Shown here one piece after another: positions 26,691 through 39,852 of a stretch of DNA of 64,000 nt. This stretch comes from Mobula hypostoma (lineage: Eukaryota): assembly GCF_963921235.1 (NCBI RefSeq), contig NC_086122.1, positions 32,674,001-32,738,000 on the forward strand, given 5' to 3'. Positions within the stretch are counted from its first letter, which is position 1. Each line of letters starts with the position of its first letter. The position numbers and the translations under genes were made by a program. The notes beneath the pieces are model-generated. The model was not told the DNA's origin. It did not search any database and saw nothing but the letters and a program-made list of their open reading frames with translations.

Positions 26691-27024
26691 TAGTCCTGCA
26701 TTCCGGCGTCCGGCCCAAATAGGGTACCTGGCTGAGTACTAAAGACCTGTGCTGATCAGGTGACTGTGAGTTCACTGATGTCTTTAACCTCTTGCTTCAG
26801 CAGTCTGAGGTACCCACATTGGATAGCTGCTTGCAGAGGGCTTCTGAGGTTATCATGTGGAGATTAAAATGATCCTGGCCTTAATCTTCTCCAACTGAAT
26901 TGCTGATTTAATCAGAAACTGGGGTAGTTAATTGACATGTTGTCAACAGGCATCTTATGTACATAAGGGAAACATTTTCTAGAGTTGTCACTGTTGATGT
27001 AATGAATGCTGCTGGAAGATCATC

Positions 27025-27748
27025 AGGTTTACTTTATACTTCATTGTCGCCAAATAATTGGTACTAGAACGTACAATCATCACAGCGATATTTGATTCTG
27101 CGCTTCACACTCCCTAGATTACCAATATTAAATATTAAAAAAGTTAAAATTAGTAAATATTAAAAACTTAAATTATAAATCATAAATAGGAAATAGAAAA
27201 GTGGGAAGTAAGGTAGTGCAAAAAACCGAGAGGCAGGTCCGGATATTTGGAGGGTACGGCCTAGATCCGGGTCAGGATCTGTTTAGCAGTCTTATTGCAG
27301 TTGGAAAGAAGCTGTTCCCAAATCTGGCCGTACGAGTCTTCAAGCTCCTGAGCCTTCTCCTGGAGGGAAGAGGGATGAAAAGTGTGTTGGTTGGGTGGGT
27401 CATGTCCCTGATTATCCTGGCAGCACTGCTCCGACAGCGTGCGGTATAAAGTGAGTCCGTGGACGTAAGATTGGTTTGTGTGATGTGCTGCGTTGTGTTC
27501 GCGATCTTCTGCAGCTTCTTTCGGTCTTGGACAGGACAACTTCCATACCAGGTTGTGATGCACCCTAGAAGAATGCTTTCTACGGTGCATCTATAAAAAT
27601 TAGTGAGGGTTTTAGGGGACAGGCCAGATTTCTTTAGTTTTCTCAGGAAGTAAAGGCGCTGGTGGGCTTTCTTGGCAGTGAACTCTGCTTAGTTGGACCA
27701 AGTCAGGTCATTTGTGATATTGACCCCGAGGAACTTAAAGCTTTTGAT
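27025..27748 (-). mobile_element. Rex/L2-type LINE 3' portion
   Basis: ESILLGCITTWYG and GRRLRSL-type motifs; AT-rich 3' UTR. Confidence 0.8.
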
Positions 27749-27799
27749 GAGGGCTAGGTCATCCTGCTTGCTGATTCTTGTCAATGTGTGTTTGAATTC

Positions 27800-29588
27800 A
27801 GTAGTTACTTGAGTGAGGTATGTTAGGTTTTTACTGCATTTGAGGAGTTACCACATACCACAAAAGCCAACATTTTTGAAAAGCATTTTGGCTTCTTCAT
27901 TATTCTGAATTTCAATAATTTCTTCTCGCAAGCTCTCTCCCTGTTCTTACACCTTGTAAAGAAATGAGTTAATTACCCAGCCTTGAATTTCCAGACTGCT
28001 TTAAAGTCCTTGAACTGGTTCTGAAAATCCTCCTTCAGTGACTGCAAGTATAAGCAGTACTCTTGCAAATCACCATCTGTGAAAGAGAGTGCCATACTTT
28101 CCATGCAGGGAAACTGTGAGAACATTCTCCTCCCAGTGTTTTGCTTGTATACTGTATTTCCAATTTTCTGCACTTTTCCCCTAGATTAAATTGAAATACT
28201 CATCTTGCAGTTTCATACATAAAATGTTCGTTTTGTCATACTGATTGGCTAGATATGCCACATTTCCACTGAGAAATTCAGTCTTGTTTCCCAAGCTCGT
28301 GTCAACTTTGAGCAAAAATTCAACCACAGTGTCAGAAAGATCAAAGAAATGTTTTAAGCTGCAGCGTTTTGACAGCCAACACACTTCAGTGTGAAGAAAC
28401 AAGCGTTCAAACTCTTCATCTTTATCTTGGCATAACTGGCAAAATATTCTGCTACTTAATGTGTGAGCTTTAATTTTGAAAGTAGATATTACAACAGTTA
28501 CGCTTGGGGAAAAAAAGTTGCTGGCTGAGGTTTTTGGCTGCGAGATGTTGACGATGAATCACACAATGGATTGCAAACAGACTTAGAATTTCTTTTTTCA
28601 TAAATGCCACTGAACCAGCATGGCAACCTGTCATATATGGTGCTCCATCTGTTGCTCAAGAAACCTTGTTCCTTGTTGGAATACTTTTATCATCAAGATA
28701 CATTTTGAGCTCGTCGTAGATTGATTCTCCATTGATACAAAAGAGAATCTCTTCATAAACATTTGTTTTTGATAAACCGTACTTGCGCCATTAATAATGC
28801 CTCATCCAGTTGTATCCCAAGTACTGTTTTTTTGTAACTCTGTGCATAGTTGATATTAAATGCCTTCACTCATTTCACCAATATGACGAGCCACAGAGGA
28901 ATTGATTTTAAAATACTGGTATCCATTTTGAGAACAGTGGTGACCACTTCTGGTACAGCAGGCATTATTAATCTTTCACCAATTATATGAGATTTTCCAC
29001 ACTTTGCTATCATTTTGGAAATGTTATAAGAAGCAATGAGACCACTATCAAGGTCATTTGTAGCTTTCTTGGCAAATGACTCGAGTGTGTAACGCTTTTC
29101 AAATGCTTCTTTCATCTTCTGGAACTGAGTAATACCATACCATGCCTTTTCAGGGTGTCTTTTACGGAAGTGTTCCTGCAATCTTGATGGTTTCATGGCT
29201 CTATTAGACAGCACAGTATTACAGATAACAGATGGAGGGGGGGTTGCTGATCTGACAGGAACAGAGTAAAACCACAATCCAGGTATGTAACACTGTATTG
29301 ATGCACTTTCTGTAGTTTCTGCTTCCTAGCAGGATTAGAGTTCAAGGCTTCACCGCCTTCAAACATGTAGAGATAGTGCTGTACGTATAATCCATCACTA
29401 ACAGGGCTAAATTAAAATTAAAAAAACACAAACTGGGAATGCCTTTTGGATGCTGACGACAGCAGTGAGTTGACACGGTCATTTGGGTCTTGTGCCTCAA
29501 GTCAAGGTGTCGCTAAACGCCCCCCAAGGACTTCTATTTCCCCTAATGCCCCCTTAGGACACGTAACTGCCCCCATTGGGAATCACTG
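27800..29588 (-). mobile_element. hAT (Buster/Charlie-type) transposon remnant
   Basis: TIR CAGTGATTCCCAA at 29588 flanked by nnnTAnnn (ACTTATAC); BED finger ICNTVLSN.AMKPSRLQEH..H; IGERLIMPA; HTEVCWLS. Confidence 0.88.
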
Positions 29589-32500
29589 ACTTATACCATA
29601 GTATATTATTTCTGTTTTTTTTCAGCCAACTCTGGCTGTCATCATCCCTACTTGCCCCCAAAAATCAAATGAAATTCCTCCTTTTTTTTTAGAATGGTAG
29701 AACTAGCACAGCCCAAATAATAATAAAAAAGACTGACAAAATGATCTGGAGCAACACACAGTTAATGCTGGAGGAACTAAGCAGGTCAGGCAGCATCCAT
29801 GGAAATGAACGAGCAGTCAGCATTTGCATTTATTTATCGAGATACAGCAAAGAATATGGCCTTGCAGCCCTTCAAGTGGTGCCGCCCAACAATAACCCGA
29901 CTGGGACCTCTTTGGACTGTGGGAGGAAACAGGGTCACCGGGAGAAAATCCATGTGGGGAAAATGTACAGGATTCATTTTAATGGATCCTCCCAGACCTG
30001 CTGGGTTTGTGTGTGTGTGTGTGTGTGTGTGGTCTGCAGAGTCTCTTGTGTTTTCACAAAAATATTTTCCTGTATCTGTGTCCTTGAAGTGGACATTTCA
30101 CATCCCTTTTCTGGACATGAATGGACAGAGTCTTGTCGGGGGGTGGGGGGGAAGATGTAGGCCAAGTATTTTATCATGGAGTGAATTGATGTGAGGAAAG
30201 AAGTTGGTTTTATTAGAGCAGCTCGATGGATTTTTTGTTTGAATAATTGTGTAAGCAATTTGCAAAATGATCTTCAGTACATGTACCCCTGCAGGTAAAC
30301 CGTTTGGTATTGTTGTGACGTGAGCCGTCACCAGAGGGAGACTGAAGCTAGTGGATGTAGAAGTGTTTTATTCAACAAAAATGAGCAACAGGCATCATAT
30401 TGAGACACTCTAGGAGGAAGAGGCCTCCCGACCCAATATTACATAACATTTTTATATGCTAAAGATCAAAGGTAACAGCAGGACAATTCTATAGTTACAA
30501 TGTACCTACAATGCTTCCTTTGAATTACATATAGTTTTCAAACACATCCTTCTTCACACCCATGCTCCAAGACAGCCAAAATGAATGTTAATCCCCACTG
30601 ACTTTCTCTCTGGATTCATGCATCTGCACACATCGAGTGAATGGGTATTTCTTGGTTTGTAATCAACCCCAGTCTGCAGCTTCAGAGAGGCCCTTGTTCA
30701 GGGCTGCATTTTAAATTCAATTTACAATCCACATTCAAATCTGAAGACTGGTTGCTGCTGAATTTAATATTTGCTGTATACCTGCAGAATACACCCTAAT
30801 AGTACCTGGGATACTTTTTGAATTGGTTAATTTATGGATCCCTTTTAAAGATTTGGCACCATACTGCATGACTGCTTCTCGGTAATTGGTGCTATACTTG
30901 CTACTCTTAACAAATTTTAATAGGATTTTGGCATCTGAGTTTGCCCAGTGTGAAATGTGCATTTTTTATTCGCGACCACTGGTGGGTGGTTAGAGAAGTA
31001 TCCCGAGAGTATTTGTAATAAAGTTAATGTTCCTGTTGGCACTCTGAATAAGTTTGGCTCACTAAGTGCAGAGTGCTGGCTGAATCTGAAATTTGCAGTT
31101 CTGTGTGAATCAGCAAGTTGGTGAAAGTTTGCTGATCAGCAATACATCACCTCACTAGTTAACTGCAGAGACTGAGTACGAAGCGGGTCCCACCGATTGA
31201 CAATAGAAGTCTGAATTTATAGTTACTGAAAAAGGGTGGTTTCAAAAGTTTAAAGTGTCAAAGCATGAATATTGTATACAACTTCGTGATTTGTCTCCTT
31301 ATAGGCAACCACAAGACAAACCAAAAGACCCCACAATAAGAAGATCAGTCAGACACCCAGTCTGCAGAGAGGAAAACAAACAAATCAGACAAACAACAAA
31401 AGTAAGCAAGTAGCATCCAGAACAAAAGTGAGCCCACACACAAAGCCTGGGGCACTGGGAGCAAGGCACAGCCTCAGCTTTGTAGGTTTAATAAATTTTA
31501 TCTGTGAACTAATGGATTACTGCTGAAGTAACATAAATTCACACATCAGAAAATAGCTTGTGGCTCATTATTCTAAGCAAGCAATGCCAAAGAAAGTCAG
31601 ATTAACTCCAAACCTTGCAGTATCCTAGCCTTGTACCTTCCCCTACACAAATATCTAACCACTTTTCAATCAAACGAGGCAATACTCGCAGGTTAAATCT
31701 GAAGAGTGCCCATATTCTCAACATTTATTCATGTAAGGCAGTCTGTCTCTCTGAATTTTTTTATAAAATGACTCCTATCAGTGACCTGGCAAAAGAAATT
31801 ATTTTTTTTCCCTGAATACTCATTAAATATTAAAATCAAACATCGTTATATTTCTCTCTGGGTTTATCTGCTCCAGAGAAAATAGTCAAAAAGTGTCACA
31901 AGACTCCTCAAACTAGAAATTGTTTTGCTCTTGGTATTTATCGTGATTAATTTGGGCTAGATATTATCTGATGGATGCCTCACAAAGTGACATCCATCAT
32001 TAAGGACCCCCATCACCCAGGACATGCCCTCTTCTCAGTGCTCCCATCAGGGAGGAGGTACAGGAGCCTGAAGGCACACACACAGCGATTCAGGAACAGC
32101 TTCTTCCCCTCTGCCATCTGATTTCTGAATGGACAATGAACACGCGAACGCCACCACAGTATTTTTTCCCCTCTCTGTTTTTGCACGACTAATTTAATTT
32201 AATTTTCTTTATTATGTATACTTATTGTAAATTGTAGTTATTATTATGTATTGTACTGTACTGCTGCCGCAAAGCAAATTTCACAATGTGCGCCAGTGAT
32301 ATTAAACCTGATTCTGATATGCTGATACTTCAGTGTGTCCTAACTGCACGTGACCACGTTTACTATAGGTTAACCACTGTTGAATTAAAGTACCATTATC
32401 CTTGTGTTTATTGAGATGTGAATGACTGTGGCGATGAGAGGCAATTGACAGAGTAAGTGGCGAGTGATTCCTTCCTGATCTGGAACTAGGCCAAGGAAGA

Positions 32501-33242
32501 TTGTCCATTCAGATTTGAGATGAGGAGCTATTTTTTTTAATATAGGTAGATGATAGTAATTTTTGGTTTGATTTAACTGCTTCAGGAAACAAAGTGCTTA
32601 AAACATTGAGTACATTCAAGTCATATCAGTTGGAATCTTTGGCTTTGAAGAAATCCGAACCCTTAGAATCAATTGTGGAAACGGGCTGTTTTTCCCCTCG
32701 TGCTTGATCCACTATCTGCTTTACTTCAGCACCAGTTTTTTCATTAATCCTTTGATTTCCTCTTTCTAGTTTTCTGTAAATGTAAACAGTGACTGAATTT
32801 CCACAGCTTGCTTGTGGAACGAATTCCAAAGATTTACTCTACCCTCGGGAGAAATCTCTTCTCATCTTCATCCTGAATGGCTAACCACTTATTTTGAGTC
32901 TGTGACCCTTGTCCTCGGCACTTCCAACAGAGAAGCATCATTCCTTCGTCTATCCTGTCAAACTCATGAAGAATTTTGAAAAGCAAAATAGCTGTAGATG
33001 CTGGAAGTGAAACAAAAAGCAGTAAATGTTGAGAACTACCAGCGGCTCCAATAACATCTGAGGAGAAAAATGCAGAGTTGCTGCTTCTGGTCAAAGACCC
33101 TTAATCAGAACTGAACAATGGCGAACTTGAGAGTATTTAAGTTGCGGTGGGGAGGCGGGGTGTGGAGAGAAAGCAAAGGGAATGTTTGTGATAGGGAGGA
33201 GAGCAAGGTTGTCCAGGTTCCATCTAAGAGAATGAGCAGATC

Positions 33243-33600
33243 ATGAGCTCTTCTTCTATTCCCCACTCTGACCATTTTCCCTCTTCTCGCCTGCCTATCA
33301 CTTCCCCTGGGACCCCTCCTTTCCTTTCTCCTATGGCCCACTCTTCTATCAGATTCCCTCTTCTCCAGCCCTTGTCCTCTCCCAGCCACCTGGCTTCACC
33401 TATCACCTTCCAGCTAACCTCCTTCCCTTCCCCCACCTTTTCATCCTGGCATCTTTCCCCTCCCTTCTCAGTCTTGAAGAAGGGTCTTGGCTCAGAACGT
33501 CAACTGTCTATTCAATTCTGTCGATGCCGCGTGACCTGCTGAGTTCCTCCAGCATTTTGTCTGTTGCTTTGGGTTTCCAGCATCTGCAGACTTCCTTGTG
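33243..33600 (+). mobile_element. Penelope pLTR fragment (pyrimidine-rich tract, decayed hammerhead, 3' tail)
   Basis: Similar to the reverse complement of 16272-16620. Confidence 0.75.
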
Positions 33601-33759
33601 TGTATGATCATAATCTAAGTTGAGATAGAAAGATGAAGACTCTAAAGAAAAGGAGATAAATGAGCTTGCTTGGGCGGGCAGAGAGAGAGAGAGACGTCAA
33701 AATTTCAATTATTTTCTCTCGGTTCATTGTCCCTTGCCCCGTCTCCCCTCTCTGAATTT

Positions 33760-34250
33760 GGAGAGAACATGATGGAAATAATTTGGAAAATGGCGTCGCT
33801 TGGGTGGTTTATGGTTGGGTTGAGTTTTTCTACAATCTTGGCAACTTGCGCGGAGACATCGTCAACACGCTGCTTATTGTGGTGTGTCCTCTGAGTGCTT
33901 GGCCTCAATATACTTATCAGCTGATTGGTCGTCATTTTGGAAACTCACCTGTGATGTGGGAGGAAATCTCATCGCTGATTGGTTGCATGGCAAACTTCGC
34001 GCACTGTGGTCTGAAGTTTTGCCCACATTGGGCCTTAAAGACAATTGAGGTCTACGTGCTGTCTACAGAATTTTTTTTTTGTCGAAATCCATGCTTCTAG
34101 GAATTCTCTTGCGTACCGTGTGTTTGCTTGCGCCATGACTTTCACCGATGCCCGGTTGAATTTGTGTCCCTCTCGATCTTCGTGGGTTGAGACCAGGGAG
34201 AGTCGGTCGTCCTGCTTTATCGCCAGTTGATGTTCATGCCAGAACATGTG
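33760..34250 (-). mobile_element. 3' fragment of a second Penelope clade (Poseidon-like GIY-YIG C-terminus)
   Basis: HEHQLAIK...HEDREGHKF...AREFLEAW...QHVDL pattern typical of PLE endonucleases. Confidence 0.7.
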
Positions 34251-34415
34251 CAATTGCTGTGTTCCCCTCAAATTTCCTGTACCTCAGACTTCTTTCCCAA
34301 AGTGAACAAACTTGCTACAAAACCATCGTTAGTCAGTAGAATGATCTGATGGGGGTGGTGATGACAAGTAGTAAATATTTGGCACATTTACCATTTAATT
34401 TTTGTTTGTCTTTAG

Positions 34416-34550
<135 letters not shown>

Positions 34551-35029
34551 TAATTTCTAAACATAGGACAGGACACTTTGCCATCACTGGATGGTGCTGT
34601 GATATTAACGTACAGCTACTAATTAATTTGACTTGTTAAATTGACTTATTTTTCTGTCCATTGCTAGTCAAGATGTACAGTAGAGGTTTATCAAGATGCG
34701 TCCTGGATTAAGGAATATGAACTATAGGAAGAGGTTAGACAAACCTTGTTTCCTCTGGAGCATCAGAGGTTGGGGGTGATCCAATAGAAAATTATACATT
34801 TCCAAGAGGCTTAGATTAGACAGACAAAATCTTTCTCCCAGGTCGTCGTCATCATCATGTGTTGTATCTGTGACCTGGGTGGTCATGGTCATGTGTAACC
34901 CTAACCCTTAACCCAAGACCTTGAGTTGCAATCCCACCCAACCTCAGTGGAAAAAGCCTGCTTGCATTTACCCTTTCTATACCCCTCATAATTTTGTATA
35001 CCTCTGTTAAATCTCCTCTCAGTCTTCTA

Positions 35030-35106
35030 CAGTTGCAAAAAAAAGTTTGTGAACCCTCTGCAATTACCTGGTTTGCAAAGGGTTCACAAACTTTTTCTTG
35101 CAACTG
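35030..35106. mobile_element. 77-bp Tc1 MITE (two TIRs, TA TSD) inserted in a CR1 fragment
   Basis: TA-CAGTTGCAAAAAAAAGTTTGTGAACCCT...AGGGTTCACAAACTTTTTCTTGCAACTG-TA; same TIR family as 22195. Confidence 0.9.
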
Positions 35107-36045
35107 TACATTCCAAGGAATAAAGTCCTAACTTATTCAATCTTTTCATATAACTCAGGTCCTCCAGACCCAGCAACATCCTTGTAAATTTTCTCTGTAC
35201 ACTTAGGTGAGAGAAGTGAAGTTTAAAGGAGATATTGGGGTTTGTGTTTTTTGTTTTAGGCACTATTTGTCGTATTTTTACATTGATTGTTTGTCAAATC
35301 TTTGTAGTTTTTCATTGACTCCATTGTATTTCTTTGTCCTACAGTGAATACCTGCAAGAAAATGAATCTTGCTGTAGTATATGGTGACATATATGTACTT
35401 TGATAAGAAATTTACTTTGAATATGAAGGGATATGGGTCTTGTGCAGACAGCAGAGATTTAGTTTGTATTTGGCATCATGCCGAACACTGACTTGAGCTG
35501 AAGGACTGGTGCTGTATCACAAATGACTGATTTTTACCTTGAAGTTAATATGACTTCAATTCCACAAATTGAAAATATTAAGTAGATTGATAGTTTTTAA
35601 TTTAATGTGAAAATAGTTAGCTTTATGTAGTACAGAAGATAACTGCAAAGTACTGGGATTATGTTTGCCCTTCTGGTATTCTGTTTTAAAGTAGAATTAT
35701 GTAAATATATATATTTTTTATTTTTCTTCATCTTTGTTGCTTAGTGGAGGATAATCCCTGGGGAAATTGGGAGAAGCTGAGAGAAAATAATTGCATCGCA
35801 GCGAGATTCTCATCAGATTTGAAACTGTTGGTTTTGATTCCGTCTAAATGTAATATGTGTGTTAATAAATAGGACATTGTTTTTTTAAAAAAAAAGCTTT
35901 TAAGCAGTCTTAGTGAAAGAAGAATTGTTACAAAACAACGGCATCTTGATCATTATAAAATTAATTTATCCTTGAATGTTTTAGGGCTCTTAAAGGCATT
36001 TACTTTCACTCATGCATGTCTGACTCATTTGTGCTCTCTTTAAAG

Positions 36046-36140
36046 TTCGATAAACAATTGGAAAAACGATCCGAGAAGCTGGACTCTGTGCTGGAGTTTA
36101 AGATTGAAGATGATTTGCTGGTTAGCAGGATCTGTGGCAG
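36046..36140 (+). CDS. AK2: AK2 exon 4 (FDKQLEKRSEKLDSVLEFKIEDDLLVSRICGR)
   Basis: 95 nt, taaag acceptor, gtattc donor, in frame. Confidence 0.94.
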
Positions 36141-36509
36141 GTATTCATATTTATAATTTATTTCGAGATAAAGCACGTTAACAGTTACTTACGGACCAAC
36201 GGGCTTGTGCCACCCAATTACACCCATCTGACCAATTAACCTACTAACCCGTGTGACTTGGAGACAGGAGCACCCGGCAGAAACCCACGCGTTCACAGGG
36301 AGAACGTACAAACTCCTTACAGATTGTGACAGGAATTGAACCTGGGTCACTGGCATTCTAGTAACATTATACTCACTGCTACACCTCTGTGCTGTCTTAA
36401 ATTAATTATTAATAGACTTAGTATAGATTAGTTTACTTGGACAGTTAAGATTTAAGTATTGATAGGTTCTTTGCAGAACTTGGAAATAAATGTTTTACAG
36501 TATCACCAA

Positions 36510-36752
36510 CATGGGAAAATCTGCAGATGCTGGAAATCCAAAGTAACCCACACACACACACAATGCTGGAGGAACTCAGCAGGTCAGGCAGCGTCTATGG
36601 AAAAGAGTAAACAGTCAAGGTTTCGGGCCATGATCCTACATCAGGACTCAAAAAGAAGGGTCTCAGCCCAAAACGTCAACTGTTTATTCTTTTCAATAGA
36701 TGCTGCCTGGTCTGCTGAGTTCCTACAGCATTTTGTGTGTGTGTGTGTTACA
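36510..36752. mobile_element. Fold-back Penelope pLTR derivative (older subfamily) in AK2 intron 4
   Basis: Inverted GCTGGAGGAACTCAGCAGGTCAGGCAGC arms around decayed hammerhead cores. Confidence 0.75.
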
Positions 36753-37359
36753 TTGCAAAATATTAATTGCAACATTAGTAAATTTGGATTTGATATTGTG
36801 TTACCTTATTGCCATTTAAGAGCACCATCATGTTCATAAAGATTGTATTGGTATCACAGGATTAAATCAGACTTGACAGCTGAATGGCCTAATTCTTCTA
36901 CTATGTTTTATGGTCTTATATGGTCGAATGTAGAGAGGCCTAGATAGAGTGGATGTGAGGAGGATATTTCCTTTGGTGGGAGAAGTTTTGGACCAGAGGG
37001 CACAGTCTCAAAATAGACGGAAGTCCATTTGGAACAGAGATGGGGAGGAATTTCTTGAGCCAGAGAGTGGTGAATCTGTGGAATTTGATGCCACAGGTGG
37101 CTGTCGTTGCCAGGTCATTGGGTATATTTAAGGTAGAGGTTGATAGATTCTTGAATAGTCAAAGGTATGAAAGGTCATGGGGGGAAGGCAGGAGATTGGG
37201 GTTGAGAGAGAGAAATGGATCAGCCATGATGAAATGGCAGAACCAACTCAATGGACCAAATTCTGCTCCGATATCTTATAGTGTTATAAATCTACTGTTG
37301 TTAAAGTCTCTTAAAGTGAAACATTGCCATCCATTGAAAATTAAGATTGACATTAATGA

Positions 37360-37512
<153 letters not shown>

Positions 37513-38047
37513 TAACACATTTTAAACGTGTACTGTAAGGCTATTATGAATGAAGTAATCTTCCCAAAAGATCAGTCCTTAGAACGTACAGGTTGTGCAG
37601 ATCCTGAAAATAGATGTTACTTATTTAAGTTGAATTCTGGTTTGCTTGCACTTAATGTAATTTGTGCTTCTGTTTCTACATGTAGTGAAACCTTTTAACA
37701 CACACCTTTGTAATTACCTTTGCTGTATTATATTTGTTTTTATTTCTAAAATTAGCAGCTTATTTTTTCTACTCCAGCATTGCATGTGTCACACTTTGAA
37801 AAGCTCGTGGGGTGGGGTGATGAAATGTGAAAGTAACAACAATTCACACTGCATACTAGTTAAAATGCTTTAGAAATTTTACAGTCTGCTGACAAACCCA
37901 AAGCCACAATGTATGACTTTATTTCAGCTTTTTTAAGTGCTGAGCAAATTATCTTCTTTTCTTTTTTTTGGTTCGACAATGTATATAAATTTAGTAGTCC
38001 TTTTTGTCATGTCTTTCCCAATGTATTTCTAACTGAAATTTCAAGGC

Positions 38048-38123
38048 AGGAGTTCCCAACCTTTTTATGCCGTGGACTCCTACCATTAACTGAGGGGTCG
38101 TGAACCTCAGGTTGGGGACCGCT
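38048..38123. mobile_element. About 80-bp hAT MITE (other copies near 7290, 42013, 45975, 62514)
   Basis: CAGG(G/A)GTTCCCAACC...GGTTGGGAACC(C/G)CTG inverted ends. Confidence 0.7.
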
Positions 38124-39593
38124 GTTCTCAGCCAGTTTAAGAACAAAAAAGTGGCCAAAGCACTCTATTAAGTGGGCTTAATTTGCAAAGTTAGTGACTA
38201 GTATCATACCAGTAAATTTCTTGGGTGGGTGTGGGATTGACTGGCATACAGCCTTTTGGAAGGCTCAGCCTGGGAATGGTGAGGCGAGACCAGATAGGGA
38301 AGGAGTCAAGCAGCTTGTCTCAAGAACAAGGTCAAGGTTAAGAATTGCTCCTCGCTTTGAGTGCTGACTGACCGTCTGAGACAAAGATTTTGTTTCTGGC
38401 TCTTGAAGGTGTTAGGTCCTTGCACATGTGGGCCACTAATGATCTTGACAGAACCGATAAATCTGTGCATGACATCAACTCTGCTCTCCTGTTTGCTTCC
38501 AAGATTTGGAATACCTGTATCGGGGGCATCAAAACACAGAATAACCAACAATGCTGCTTCTGTTAAGCTTCCAATTCGCCAAGTAGAAATGAATCAACCT
38601 TCCCAAAGCTAGAATCTTAATTACACTCAGTCAACTTCTTTGGGCAGCCATGGCTGAGATTACTAAGTGGACAGAGAAAATAATTTGGGCATTAAGTCGT
38701 CATCGTCATTATGTGCTGTGTTGTATGTCATCATCATTATGTCATATGACATGGGCAATCATGGTCTTATGACTATGATGGCCCCAGCCATTATCAAAAC
38801 TCTTCAAAGATTGTTTGCCTGGTGTCAGTGGTCACATAACCAGGACTTGTGCTCATATGAACATCCACCACCTGCTCCCAACGCTACTTGTGACCCTGAT
38901 TGGGGGGCTAAGCAGGTGCTACACTTTGCCCATGGGTGACCTGCAGGCTAGCGGAAGAAAGGAGCGCGTTATACCTCCTTTGGTAGAGACATGCCTCCAC
39001 CCCGCCACACAGAGGATTAGTCAGTGACTCAGAATGTACAAGTGCTTTTGGGTGTTGAACTTTTGAGTCAATTCATCAGAAGCACCAGAAATCCATCATA
39101 TTAATGAAAAAAAAGTACCAGCTTCAAAATTACCCATTGCCAAACCAGTTGAGCACTCTTCTCCCGCCCCATTTCCAAAGCTAATGCAGATAATGCCTGT
39201 TTTTCATCCATTTGGGTAATAAATTCGCCCTTGCAGAATTTACAAATCAGCACCCAAAAATTTTGAAGTACAGAATAAAATTCACCGTCATAAAATTTGT
39301 GTGCTTGGAGGGTTGGGAAGAGGAAAAACATTATCTTTTAGAACTGTTTTCCGGGAACACAAGTCTAGATTCATTATCACGCTAAATATTCCAGGTGCTT
39401 TGGCTGAAGTTTCTTGAAGTTGGGTGTTGATCTAGCAGTTATCTTTAAGTATAGTGACTCCCGATGTTTGTAGACAGATAGCCAGAATGAGTAGTGGGAT
39501 AGGCGTATATGATTTGTATCTATCACAACTCTTAAGCCTGGTCTCTATATCTGTGCATAAAGCTGTTATTAATTTGTATTTTTCTGTACTAAG

Positions 39594-39815
39594 GTAACCG
39601 GTGAAGCTTTGATAAAACGCTCGGATGACAATGAAGAAACTTTAAAATCTCGCCTAGCTTCTTATCACACCCAAACAAAGCCCCTCGTTTCATATTACCA
39701 GAAGAAGGGACTTCTTACAGCAATTGATGCAGCACAGTCTCCTGAAGTGATTTTCTCTGCCATTCTAGCTGCTTTCAGTGGAGCTACATGTAAGGACCTG
39801 GTTATGTTTGTTTGA
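39594..39815 (+). CDS. AK2: AK2 exon 6, AK2A-type C-terminus ([13 protein letters not shown]...[11 protein letters not shown])
   Basis: Acceptor ctaag; RSDDN motif; ends [11 protein letters not shown] like vertebrate AK2A. Confidence 0.96.
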   Translation, partial: VTGEALIKRSDDNEETLKSRLASYHTQTKPLVSYYQKKGLLTAIDAAQSPEVIFSAILAAFSGATCKDLVMFV

Positions 39816-39837
39816 TTTTTTTAATCGCTGCGCAATC

Positions 39838-39843
39838 AATAAA
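39838..39843 (+). terminator. Candidate AATAAA polyadenylation signal for the AK2A-type transcript
   Basis: AATAAA about 22 nt after the stop codon. Confidence 0.45.
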
Positions 39844-39852
39844 TGCGTAATG

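Noticed and set aside
33835-33890. Hammerhead motif in the second Penelope clade fragment
   Set aside because: Only TGACGATGTCTCC remains on the minus strand; the GAAA half of the core is absent.
34896-34913. Telomere-like TAACCC repeats
   Set aside because: Only 2-3 units, and they are part of the reverse CR1 sequence (GGGTTAAGGGT).
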